The position numbers and the translations under genes were made by a program. Source: the human T2T-CHM13v2.0 reference genome, Homo sapiens. Taken from it: a stretch of DNA of 64,000 nt. The notes under the pieces are model-generated. The model worked only from the letters and a program-made list of their open reading frames with translations. It made no database searches and was not told where the DNA came from. How positions within the stretch are numbered: the stretch's first letter is position 1; each line of letters begins with the position of its first letter. The stretch lies in assembly GCF_009914755.1 (NCBI RefSeq), contig NC_060928.1; one strand, written 5' to 3'. Positions 14,750 through 28,389 of this stretch are shown piece by piece.

Positions 14750-16122
14750 TGGGCAAATAATCTAATCTCTTTTAGCATCAGCTGCTTCATCTACAAAGTG
14801 TTTGTACTAATTATTCCTCCAGACAGATACCTTAAGCTTTAAATATAAAGCAATTTTGTACTATTCCCAGGACTGATGCATAGTGACTCTCTCTTTTTCC
14901 TTCAAATCTTGATGGTTCTGGCAAAGCTTGAACTCAGCAACGTCATCGCTGAGCTATATAATAAAGAAAAGAATACCTACAAATAGGCGTGTTGAGTAAA
15001 TCCATTAACGATGAAAACACATAGCCAAAAAGTGGTATACCACTTTTTCATCAGATTCCTTAAGGAGATGTTCACAGTGTAAAAGGCTTTAACTTTAGGT
15101 AGCTGACAGCAGTGGACAGTATTGCTTGCAATCAGAGATAAGCTCAGTGTGAACAAAACATCTAATGATTCGGAAGCAGAAATAGAGCAGTAAACATTAT
15201 GCAGAGTATAGTGCCATGCCCCCTGTGGGCACTCAAAAAAAATAATCCATGGTGATTATGACAATGATGAACAGAACCAGGTCCCGCAATCAGTGTCTAG
15301 GGCCATTAACAAAAAGTCATGCACTTAGGAGGGGGAGGCTGCTGCCTTTGCGGCATTTACTGAGTATATTTCCACTCACTGGGTTACAGGGCAGTGATGA
15401 GAGAAATGTAGGGCTTTGAGAAGACAGGAAATGGCCTGTTTTGCGACCCAAGTAAAATGTCAACAGCCTGTCATAAAACGATTTTCAATTTCTGGCCTGC
15501 AACCTTATTTACATTTTTTTTCTTAAAGATAATTTTTTTTTCTTAGAGATACTAAATAATTTTAGGAAAAAATGTCTTCTGCAAGTTACTTTTATCAGAA
15601 AGCCAGAGCATAGTTTATTTAAGGACATAGTTTGAAAGTTGCTTTAACTATCTGAGGGAAGGCCAGGAAAGGCTCTATTTTCAAATAAGGACCTGACCAG
15701 AAGAAAGTGGGAAAAAGGCTGAATAAAGAAATCAATGGAACTAAAAGAATCAAGAGGTGCTTCTTTGCATTTTGTAATTTTTCTACAGTGAGCATATGGC
15801 AGAAACTTGTCACTTGTCACTATCTCTTCTCCCCTTCTTCCTGGATAATAGAACTCCAATTTTGTTGGAGGTTATTATCAACGTTCCAAGCTTAATGTGT
15901 AATATGTAAATATATTCACTTTCACAAATCCCTTTGCAGCTAAGGGAAGCTATGTTGCCAGTTTTGGCTAATAAGATACAGACAGACATGCCTAGCGCCA
16001 GCATCCTTCTCAAGATAAGACAGAGTCTTGTGGGAAAGGGTTACATACCTATCCCTTTCTTTCTGCCTGGAATGGGAATAGAAGGCCTGGAGAGGTGGCA
16101 GCCATCTTGCAAACATGAGCAC

Positions 16123-16479
16123 TGTCTTAATCCATTAGGACTGCTATAACAAAATATGCCAGACTGAGCAATTTATAAACCACAGAAATGTATTGCTCAC
16201 AATTCTGGAGGCTGGGAAGTCTGAGATCAACCACCAGCAGACTCCATGTGTGGTGAGGACCCATTCCTCATCAATGGCACCTTCTACGAGTTCTCACATG
16301 GCAGAAGGGCAAACAGCCTCCCTCAGACCTCTTTTATAATGGCAGCAAGCCCATTTATAAGGGCAGAGCCCTCATGAGCTAATCATCTCCCAAAGGCCTC
16401 ACCTGTTAATGCTATCACATTGGAGATTAAATTCAAACATAAAAATGTTGGGGGGTACACAAACATTCAAACCATAACA
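16123..16479 (-). mobile_element. MLT1A-type MaLR solo LTR nested in an older MLT1 LTR (about 15850-16680)
   Basis: TGTCTTAATCCA...AAACCATAACA with a perfect 5-bp TSD AGCAC. Confidence 0.85.
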
Positions 16480-16748
16480 AGCACAAAGGCAGCAACACCC
16501 TGAGGAGGGCAGAGTAGAGAAATAAAAGGAGTTCGAATCCTTGATAATTTTGCAGAACTTCAGTGATAACAGCCCTGGACTACCTATCTCTACCCCAAAG
16601 TGCTCATGAGAAAAATTAACACTTTCTGTGTTTAAGCTACTATTCATCAGGATTTTTATAGCTCAAAGCCAAACATAATATTATGTCCAGTAAAGGCCTA
16701 TTTCATTTTTGTGCTTTGCTTTATTGTGCTTCAAAGATAATGCATTAT

Positions 16749-16917
16749 TCTTCTTTTTCTTCTTTTTTTGGAGACCAGGTCTGACTCTGTCACTCAGGCT
16801 GGATTGCAGTGGTACAATCATAGTTTACTGAAGCCTCAAACTCCTGGGCTAAGGTGATCCTCCTGACTCAGCCTCTGGACTAGCTGAAACTACAGACATG
16901 CACCACCATGCCTGGAT
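16749..16917 (-). mobile_element. Alu right monomer (AluJ/FRAM-like)
   Basis: Single antisense Alu arm inside Tigger1. Confidence 0.85.
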
Positions 16918-17855
16918 AAATATTGCATTATTTTACAAATTGAAGGTTGGTAGCAACCCTGCGTTAAAGCAAATCTATAAATGCCATTTTTCCAACAGCA
17001 TGTGCTCAATTTATGTCACATTTTGGTACTTCTAACAATATTTCAAACTTTCTTGTGATTATTATATCTGTTATGGTGATCGGTGACCAGTGATCTTCGA
17101 AGTCACTATTGTAATTGTTTCAGGGCTCCACAAATTGTGCACATATAAGACAATAAACTTAATAAATGTTGTGTGTGTTCTGACTGCTCCACCCACTGGC
17201 CATTCCACCGTCTCTCTCCCTCTCCTTGGGCTTTCCAATTCCTTAAGAAAAAACAATATCGAAATTAGGCAAATAAATAACCCTGCAACGGCCTCTAAGT
17301 GTTCAAGTGAAAGAGTCACATGCCTCTCATCTTAAATCAAAAGCTAGAAATGATTAAGCTTAGTGAGAAAGGCATGTTGAAAACAGCAATAGGCCAAAAG
17401 CTAGGCCTCTTGCACCAAATAGTTAGATATGTGAATGCAAATGAAAAGTTCTTGAAGGAAATTAAAAATACTACTCTAGTGAACACACAAATGATAAGAA
17501 AGCAAAACAGCTTTATTGCTGATTCGGAGAAAGTTTTGAGTGGTCTGAATAGATCAAACCAGCCGCAATATTCCCTTAAATCAAAGTCTAAACCTGAGCA
17601 AGACCCTAAGTCAACTTTGTGAAGGCTGAGAAAGGTAAAGAAACTGCAGAAGAAAAGTTGGAAGCTAGTGGAGGTTGTTGGTTCATGAGGGCTGAGAAAA
17701 GAGGTCACCTCCATAACATAACAGTGCAAGGTGAAGCAGCAAGTGCTGATGGAGAAGCTACTGCAGGTTATCCAGAAGATCTAGCTAAAATAATCGGTGA
17801 AAGTGACTACACTAAACAACCTATTTTCAATGTAAATGAAACAGCCTTCTATTAG

Positions 17856-18339
<484 letters not shown>

Positions 18340-18872
18340 TGAGAAAAAAAAAAAAGATTCCTACTGCTTTTGAACGATATACCTGGTCACCTAAGAGCTC
18401 TGATGGAGATGTACTAGGAAGTGAATGTTGTTTTCATGCCTGCTAATGCAGCATTCATTCTGTAGCCCACGGATCAGGAAATAAATTTAACTTTGAAGTC
18501 CTACTATTTAAGAAAAATATTTTATAAGGCTACAGCTGCAATAGACAGTAATTCCTCTGATGGATCTGAGAGGAGACAATTGAAAACCTTCTAGAAAGGA
18601 TTCACCATTTTAGATACATTAAGAATTTGCATGTTTCATGGGAGTTGGTCAAAATATCAGCATAACAGCAGTTTGGAAGAAGTTGACTCCAACCCTCATG
18701 GATGACTTTGAGGAGTTCCAGACTTCAATGTAGAAATTAACTGCAGATATGGTGGAAATAGCAAGAGAGAACTAGAATTAGAAATGGAGCTTGAAGGTGT
18801 GACTGAATTGATGCAATCTCATAATAAAACTTGAATAGATGAGAAGTTACTTTTTATGAATCAGCAAAGAAA

Positions 18873-19185
18873 GTTTTTGCTTTGTGGTTTTTGGGGTTTT
18901 TTTAGACAGATTCTCTCTGCCACCCAGGCTGGAGCGCAGCGGCGGGATCTTGGCTTACTGCAGCCTCCACCTCCTGGGTTCAAGTAATTGATTCTCCTAT
19001 CTCAGTTTCCTGGGTAGCTGGGACTACAGGCGTCTGCCACCACACCTGTCTAATTTAGTATTTTTAGTAGAGATGGGTCTTCAGCATGTTGGCCTGGCTG
19101 GTCTCGAACTCCTGACCTCAAGTGATCCACCCGCCTCAGCCTCCCAAAGTGCTGGGATTATAGGCATAAGCGACTGTGCCAGGCC
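18873..19185 (-). mobile_element. Alu (AluS-like)
   Basis: Antisense Alu inside Tigger1. Confidence 0.95.
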
Positions 19186-22156
19186 AGAAAGTGGTTTCTT
19201 GAGATAAAAATAACACCTGGTGAAGATGCTGTACACACTGTTCAAATAACAGGATTTAGAATATTAGCATAACTTTATTCTAAGTTATTTAGAATAACTT
19301 AGTTGGTAAAGCGGCAGTGGGGTTTGAAAGGATGGCCTCCAGTTTTTAAAGAAATTCTGCTGTAGGTGAAATGCTGTCAGCTTTGCATGCTACACAGAAA
19401 TCTTTTGTGAGAGTCCACTGATGTGACAAAGTTTATTTTTGTCCTATTTTAAGAAATTGCCACAACCACCCCAACTTTCAGCAACTCCACCCTGATCAAT
19501 CAGTGGCTATCAATACTGGGGCGAGATCCTCCAAGAGCAACAAACAGATTACAACTTGTTGAAGGGTCAGATGATTGTTAGAGTTCTTTAGCAATAAAGT
19601 ATTTGAAAATTAAGGTATGTACATTTTTTAAAAAACAGGATGTGATTACACATTTAATAGACGACAGTATAGTGTAAACATAACATTTATATGCCCTGGA
19701 AAACCAAAAAATTCTTGTGCCTTGCTTCATTACTATATTGGCTTATTTCAGTGGTCCAGAAACGATCCTGCAATATCTCTGAGGTATGCCTGTATAAATA
19801 CAAGAGGCTTGGACCTAATTTAGGATAAGCCCTAACGGGAGCTTTTACTTTGTCAAAATTATGGTAAAAAGAGTCTGCCTAGGAGGAAAACAACAAAGTA
19901 AAGTTCAAGGACCCCAAGAATCCACCCTTCCTCATTCTACAGGTGACTCAATCTGAGGCCAAAATCTACTCACAACATATAGTGTTGCCCACTCAGGCAG
20001 ATTGCCTTCAAGACCCTTGGTCTTTTAGAGTCAAAATAATTCTACCTGAACCTAACAGGTGAAAGACAATCTGAGACACCAGAGTTAGAAAATAAAGAGG
20101 CATCTGTATCAAGTATCCAGTGGAATTAAGACTCAGTTCCTCCCTGTGGTGGAGTGCTGAGACTCAAGTTCTGCAATTCCAGTCCTAACTTGATTAAGCC
20201 TCAACCCTGCCTTATCTGCTCATCTTGCCTTGAATCTCTTCCTGGAAAAGTCTGCATTGACAGCTGGCAATCACCACTAGCCTCGATTCTGCCAGTTTCT
20301 TGGCCTGTCTAACTATCTGCCTGCTCAACCACTTAACCACTTAAACCTGGCTGTCCCTGTGTGGCTTCAAGCTCCTGTTAAGTAGGCCCAGTGTTCTCCT
20401 ATCCACAGCCTTAATGTCTCTCTATCTTATCCAGCTGAATGAGAAGAAATTACAGGGGGGTCAAGGCAACACAATGCCTTCGCTGATCAATATGGAAAAG
20501 GACAAATTAAGAGCCTTTTAAAATTTAGGCAGACTTTCTGTAAACTGTGTAAAATTATCACAAGGCTTAATGCTGAAGAGCCTCAAGTAGCATTTGCAGA
20601 GTGTGTTTCTTGAAATAAATTTCAGTGATGGAATAGATTTGGGAAGCAGTGTTCCATACTTTCCCCCTTGGAAGTCCACAATGAGCACTAGTGGATGAAG
20701 GTCCTTAGAAGTCCACATAGAGGAAACCACTTTATTTTTTAAAACTTTAACCCAATGCTTCATAAAAATACTTTTTTTGTATTATTTTCAAATATTCCGT
20801 GGAACACAATTTGAAAAGTGCATGAGGACAAAATTTTAAAATAATCGATGGGAAGATATCTTTTGGTTTCAAGCTGGAGTCCAGTAGACTTAACTCTACA
20901 GTATATTCAATAAATAATGTCTGAACTGGATTAAAGTAACTAGTAATAAAAATCCTGAATTTGACAAGAGACATTTGTTTCCCTAAACTTTAGACATTAA
21001 GGTTTAAGTAAAAAATATGTATTTGATTCTAGTTAGCTAAATATCACTTTTTATTGTCAATATTCAGAAGAATTCATGGTTAGAAAATCTGAATTTTAGA
21101 AGAAAAAAACACAGATTGTTAGTTTGATGTCTATGACCAATGTTCCTCTGTAACCTGGTGACACTGTTCTAATAGTAGCAAAAGTAGCTAGGAAGAAAAT
21201 GTCAGCTTTTTAAAGACCAAAGCTACACATTAAATTGAAAAAAAAAAGGAATGTTATTGTACTAGTATTATTTATCAGCATATACACATGCACATAAACA
21301 CATATATATGCACATACATATACATATTCATGTATACACATATCTCGATATTTGCTAGACATTTGCATACACATATAAACACTTGGGATTATTTATTTGA
21401 TTTATTCTCATCATCAGGAGAGTTTTTAAATGGATGTGAAAAGAAAGCTATAGAATGAGAAGTACAAATCTGAAATACTAAATAAAACTGTCAGGAAGTT
21501 TAAGATTCATGGATTATGTATGAATCATAGGGTGGGGAAGAATTGATATTTTCAGGCCAAATGCTAATGAAAGGTGTTCTAGTACATAAAACAATTTAAA
21601 GCTATATTTATCAAACCTCTTTAATTCATGTTTATAGACATGAATTAAACTCTTCTTAGAGTTGGAGATGAGAGGACCTGAAAAATCCTTTGTCCAAACC
21701 TTCTGATTTCATGAATGATGAACCTGAGACCACAAAACACAGATGGCTTGTCCTTAGGTGAGAATGCATCGATAGCTAAGCTAAAACCAAAACCATGTTT
21801 CCTAATTGTCAGTCAGGTTTCTTTATCACCAGATAGATACAAGTTGGTGGATTTTTCAAGCTCAGAACCGCTCTCCTGTCATGCAATACATCTCATGTAT
21901 TGGCATCCATCCGGGCCTTTTGTGTCACCCCTGTGGGACTGGAGAACAAGGTGAATAGACACAAATATGTTGATAAGGTTGAGTCTCATTGTCTTCTGCC
22001 AGACTGTATGAAACAGTAACATGCTAGATAACAGTTTATAACTAGGGTAAAATCAAATCCTAAGCCTGACACAGACCTCATAGAAAAACATTGGAAATTA
22101 TTACCTCCTTTTTTATTTTACGTGAAACTATATGTAAGATTTGCATTCTTTCTTAC

Positions 22157-22482
22157 TTTTTTTTTTTTTTTGAAGTTGCAAGATTTAATAGAGTGAAACC
22201 AGAGCTCCAATACAAAGAGAGGGGACCCAAAGAGGGTGGCCGTTGCCAGCTCGAATGCTTGGTCTTATATCCCGATCATTGTCCCTCCCGCTGTGCTCTC
22301 AGGCGATAGATGTTTGGCTATTTCTTTACCTCCTGTTTTTGCCTAATTAGCATTTTAGTGAGCTCTCTTTACTACCTGACTGGTCGGGTGTGAGCTAAGT
22401 TGCAAGCCCCATGTTTAAAGGTGGATGTGGTCACCTTCCCAGCTAGGCTTAGGGATTCTTAGTTGGCCTAGGAAATCCAGCT
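22157..22482 (-). mobile_element. HERV-W LTR17 U3-R fragment with poly(A) tail (processed, 5'-truncated retrocopy)
   Basis: The reverse complement reads AGCTGGATTTCCTAGGCCAACTAAGAATCCCTAAGCCTAGCTGGGAAGG...ATTAAATCTTGCAACTTC(A)15. TSD TTCTTTCTTA at 22146-22155 and 22483-22492. Confidence 0.9.
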
Positions 22483-22565
22483 TTCTTTCTTAAATGTTTG
22501 ACAGAATTAGCTTTCTTTCTTAAATGTTTGATAGAATTCATAAAGCCATTTAAGACTCAAGCTTT

Positions 22566-22854
22566 GGCCAGTTGTGGTGGCTGACACCTGTAATCTCAGC
22601 CCTTTGGGAGGCTGAGGCAGGAGGATTGCTTGAGCCCCAGAGTTCAAGACCAGCCTGGCAACAGAGTGAGATTTCATCTCTTAAAAAAATTAGCCAGATG
22701 CGGTGGCATACTCCTGTAGTCCCAACTACTTGGGAGGTTGGGGTGAGAGGATGACTTCACTTTGGCCCAGGAGGTTGAAGCTGCAATGAGCTGAGATCAT
22801 GCTATTGCAGTTCAGCACAAGCAACAGAGCAAGACCCTATCTCAAAAAAAAAAA
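22566..22854 (+). mobile_element. Alu (AluJ-like)
   Basis: Dimeric Alu with TSD AAGACTCA. Confidence 0.95.
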
Positions 22855-24089
22855 GACTCAGGTTTTATTTGTGGAAAGACTGTAAGGATAAATTCAACTC
22901 AGTTATTATGGGGCTATTTAGATTTTCTATTGCATCAGTTTTGATAACTGGTGTTTTTCAAGGAGTTTGTCTATTTTATCTTAAATTGTCATACATATTG
23001 GCAAAAAGTTCATAATATTCCACTATTATCCTTTTAATATACATATTATTTGAACAAAAATTCCTATTTTTTCAGAAAGTTGTAGTTTTTATTTTCTTTT
23101 TGACTTTTTTGAACTTACCAATCTAGCTGTAGTTTTATCAGTTTTATTCATCTTTTCAGAGAACCAGCTTTTGGCTTTGTCAATTTTCTCCCTTGCTTGT
23201 TTTATATTTCTTATTTCCACCCTTATCTTTATTGTTTTTGTGTCTTTTTATATATTTGGGTTTAAATGCTTGCCTTTTTCTACCTTCTTAAGAAAGTAGA
23301 AATTTAGAGTGATCTTAAATCATTTTGCTTATTCAATTTTAGAATTTTTCTTTTAAGTCCTGCTTTAGCAATATCCCTCAAATTTTCATAGGCTGTATTT
23401 TTGTTATAATTACACACAAATTAAGTTTTTATTTAATTGTAATTGTTTTCTTTGACCCATCTGATATTTAAAAGGCAGTTCTTTACTTTTCAAATGTCTT
23501 GGCTTTTCTAAATAGCTTGTGTTATTAATTTCTAATTTAAGTCTGTTATCAGTTAACATAGTTTATAATATCAAGACGTTTGTATGTTTTATTTTCCAAC
23601 ATATGGTTTATCCTGGAGGTTGTACGATATGCCTTGATAAAAGGTGTTCATATTTCCATTGGACTGGTCTGTATCTGTCATTAGTTCCACCAGCTTTTAC
23701 TTTAGGTATTTTTGTATTAACGTAGTACGTCTTTAGGTTTAACTTTCAGGGCAGCCGTATGAAGAATGATGTCATACTTACTTTTGATTTCTTACCCAGT
23801 GTTGCCAGTCTAACACACCTTCTTAGCCTTTCTGCATACATAAATAATTAAGGTTTTGTTCTGGTTCTGAAGCACTGTGAAAGAATAAACTCTTCATCAA
23901 CAAGCTCTCAGGATGTCATTATTTCCTGAGAACGTAAACTCTGTGCACTAAAGCTATTTTGCACAAAATCTACTTCTAATTAAGCAAGATAAGGAGAGAA
24001 GGTATTGTGTAAAAAATAACTAACAATCAGGATGTCACAGGCGTCTGCCAAAAATCAGAATGGATGCTGTTAAATATCTTGAAGTAATA

Positions 24090-24621
24090 TGTGGTGGAAC
24101 ATGTTGATTGGCCACTCAATAACCATTCCCTCTTTTGTGTTTACTAAAAGAATCCTATTTCTGTTTTTTTTAAAAGGACCCTCATTTTATTTTTATTAGC
24201 GATGCAACAAAAACCAAAACAAAAACCCACACCTATTTCTCCGGCTCTGTTTCAGCAAAGGCTACCCATATATGGTTTGGTCAATGAAATTAGCTGAACT
24301 CTGCCAGGAATTCCTGTGCTGATTTGTCTCCCTGACATGGGCACCTGCCCTCCCACCTCATAACTTTCTTATTCTTCCTGACTGGAATAGAGAAAGGAGA
24401 TTAGTGATGAAGAATAACACCTGGCAACCAGGAAGTCATCATGAGGAGGACGGAGCAAAAGATGAATTACGTCTAGGATGTTGACGACCTCATGAAGCCA
24501 CTATACCAATCTCACTGACCTATATCCAGACTTTGTATGTGAGAAAAAGAAACCCCTACATGGTTAAGCCAACAAAGTTATGTCTCTGTTATAGTCAGCA
24601 GAACATAATCTCTAACTAATA
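24090..24621 (+). mobile_element. Old MLT1 (J/K-like) MaLR LTR
   Basis: TGTGGTGG start and CTAACTAATAC end. Confidence 0.6.
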
Positions 24622-25381
24622 CCAAAAAAGAAAGGAAATTCATGACTCTATCAGAAGCCAAATTCAAACTTCTGCGTGAGTTACATTTGTCCGTTTTCCC
24701 CTCTTCTAGAATAGCTTCTCTGAAGAATACTTTTTAAAGGTTACTATGTTATCATGCAAAGAATTCAGTGCGGACTCTCCCCCATTATGCAGCATTTTGG
24801 TAATCAGAAATCATCTGAGTAGTGTTTCCCTTTCTTTGAAATAGCACTACTTTTTCTAAAATGAGACATTAAGTCCAGGCTATCCTGAAGAACATTGTTG
24901 ACTGCCCTTTTGTAAAACAATTCAACTTCTTACATAGTTTGAAAGACATTCCCAAGGCGAAATTTCTACAAAATTATTTTCATATCTGGAATCTCTGCAA
25001 ATATGTTTTCTGTAACTGCCTTGGCCTTTTCTGTCTGAGCTAAAGTTATGCTTAACACTTTTCTTAAGGAGAGTTTTAAATTTGCAGCGCTAATCCCTTT
25101 CACATTAGCACGCAACCTCAGCATCAAGTTCTAACATGCATGTGCTGAGGAATTAATCAAAACCTTTTATAATCAAGCTGTCACATAAATGTCTACTGAT
25201 GCAAACTTCCACATGTAAGATAGACAGTAATTCCAGCATTTAGGATATGGCTCTGGATGCCCTAGTGCAGCATTAATAAATAAAAGAATGGGCTATTTTT
25301 CAGCTTTGCTAATCTAAATTAGAATATTTTGCAAAGGTGAGTGATTATCCCTGAAGGACTATAAAACGTGTCTGTGTACGT

Positions 25382-25382
<1 letters not shown>

Positions 25383-25416
<34 letters not shown>
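25383..25416. repeat. (CA)17 microsatellite
   Basis: Seen directly. Confidence 0.97.
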
Positions 25417-25419
<3 letters not shown>

Positions 25420-26793
25420 CTCCCTTAGCATTTTCCAATTGCTTCATGAATGAAACCAGTGGAACAGAAAAAAAACTAAGTGTCAGTATTTAGCAAGTAA
25501 GCAAAAAGTCTTGAATTTTAAACGCTGCATAGGTTTAGAACAGATAAACCGTTCAAGTCTAATAGATAAAAAATTCAAAATAGAACCTATTGTGGCTTAA
25601 TCAGTAGTTCAAAGTCGTTACAGGCCAATAATAATTAGATCAAAAATGCCAAGGAATCGTTGTTGAGGCTTAATGGTTAAACTATGAACCCCATCTGCAT
25701 AAGATGAACAATTTCTAAATATCGTTCTTACCTTTTTTAAAAAATGGATTCCAAGACATCTACACATTTTATACATCTGAGTTTTTCTGCTGATTTTGGT
25801 GGTTGACTAAAACTTTGGGCCAGAAGTGAGTGATCTTTTATTTGGCTGCTGAAACTGACTTTCTGTTCCATAGGAATATAAATCCATTTTAGTGCATTAT
25901 AACTACTGTGTTCTCATTAAGACATTATACAATAGACTGGATTCAGTCACCCCCTGAAAGTTGTACTTGTGCTGTTACATAGGTAGGGACAAATATACAT
26001 ATAGCTGACAAGTTATCTCCCAAGTGTGTAAATATGATTGAGAAGGCTAGAGTGTGCCCAACTGTCTTAAACAAGCTCACGATATTTATATCTGACCTTT
26101 AGTTAATGATATAACCTGCTTCTATATGGTCTGTCAAGCTCAGGATTGAGTATTTTGCTTAAACTTTGCACACCTTTGATTACTTCATGCTAGCAAAGTC
26201 CATCTGTTGCTGTCATTGCACAGCTATCAATTTCAGTGTTACCTTGCTTCAACTCATGCCTTAAAACAATCAAGCTGACTTGGAACGTCCACAGAGTAGA
26301 TAATGTGGCATAAAGACATCATTCAAGCATTTCTGTTTTTTAAAACTCCAGGTCCATTCTTAGGCACAAGACTTTTTCTGTTCCCGCTTCTGCTTTGTGG
26401 CAGCCAGGACTTAACTTAGTGTCTGTTCTACCTCTCAGCTGCCACCTCCTGCTCTGTCCCTTGCTTCCATTTCTCCAAATGGCTTGCTGTCCCTAAAAAC
26501 AGGCACGCAGGTTGTTTATTCTTAAGAGTTTTCCAGCTATTCATGATGTGAACTGGCGATCACTAAAAATAGCAACAATGAATCTGCATGCAAAATGATT
26601 TCAAAACTCTTGGTCCTTGGTCTAAAATAATAGTCTCTGCCTGTGATGAAATCTAGTAATATTTCTGTTCTCAGTTTTTGTTTCTTGAGAGGAATTCCTT
26701 ACTAAACACTTCCTCCACATTCAGACTCTATCAATGCAGATAATAGTGGCCCCTTTGCCTCAAGTAGAAATTCTGATTATTAAAGAATAATTA

Positions 26794-27125
26794 GGCCAGG
26801 CACAGTGGCTCATAATCCCAGCACTTTGAGAGGCTGAGACAGGATTGCCTGAGCCCAGAAGTTTGAGATCAGCCTCAAAAACACAGTGAGACCCCATCCA
26901 CAGTTTTTTTTCAATTAGCCAGGCATTGTGGCATGTAGCATCAGCTACTCAGGAGGCTGATCATAGTTCAATGCAGCTTCAAACTCTCTGGCTCAAGCAA
27001 TCCTCCCACCTCAGGACTGAGGTGAGGTGAGCCTGAGAGTTTGAGACTGTATTGAACTACAATTGTGTCGCTGCACTCCAGCCTGGGTGACAGAGCAAGG
27101 CCCTGTCTCAAAATAAAAATAAAAA
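26794..27125 (+). mobile_element. AluJ-like element with an internal inverted duplication
   Basis: Sense Alu containing an antisense Alu segment at about 26961-27014. Confidence 0.9.
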
Positions 27126-27695
27126 CAATTTTTTAATTTCTTAAAATTTTTTTGAAAAGAATGATTAGCTTGATATTTCTTCTCCCTGGAACAAATGCAG
27201 TCCTCATTAGCAATCTAATTTTTACAGTAATCGCCTTCTGGAATCTCATCCTTGTTTGTCTTTCAATTTGCCCATCAAAACATAGCTTATGTTGACATAG
27301 TTATTTTGATTTTTTGCATTAATAATCTGACAGGAATTTGGGGGGAAACTGTCTTCCAAAATGGTTGGCAATCAAAACAACATCAAATGAGGCCAATATA
27401 CAAAAGTGCTAATGTTCTTAATCCCTTCCAAAACACCCAAATACTATGAATTTAAAAATTCTGCTGTGAAGCTTTAAAGTTCACTATCTTATGATGAATT
27501 ACAGAAAATATTTAACTGACTAAACCAGCTTCCTCTGGAGAATACCATAACACAGGCTTGGCATCCCTCCTTTTCACCCTTGCTAATTGAATACCTGATA
27601 ATTAGTTGAAGTGGGGCCTTTTTAAGTTTGATAAATGAAACTTTAAAAAGCAGATAATCTACATCTTAAAAAAGCTCTTCCAGAAAAAGAAAAGA

Positions 27696-28011
<316 letters not shown>

Positions 28012-28389
28012 GAGATTGTACCTGTCACTTTATATAACTAGTACCCTGATATTAAAATTGGATAAGGACGATATAAAAGAAAAAGAAAAATAGTTCACTT
28101 CTAAACAGATGGGAAAATACTAAATAAAATATTAGCCAAATAAATTCAAAATGTATTAAGAATAATACAGTGTGAATAGATAGGGTTTATTCTAGGAATG
28201 CTAGAAACATTTCCTGATCAAAGCTCTATCATGTAATTCATTATAGTAGTAGGCTAAAGGAGAACAATTAATTATCTCAGTAGACGTAGATAAAGCATTT
28301 AATACAATTTTACTCTTATTTAATACAAAACAAAAGAAAAACTAGGAAAACTGGGAGCAAATGAGACGTCCTTTACTTGGCTTATGATC

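Larger units (their letters stand above)
22090..23650 (-). mobile_element. Old L1M fragment hosting the LTR17 retrocopy and an Alu
   Basis: T-rich antisense L1 ORF2-like text such as TTTTCAGAGAACCAGCTTTTGGCTTTGTCAATTTT. Boundaries approximate. Confidence 0.65.
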
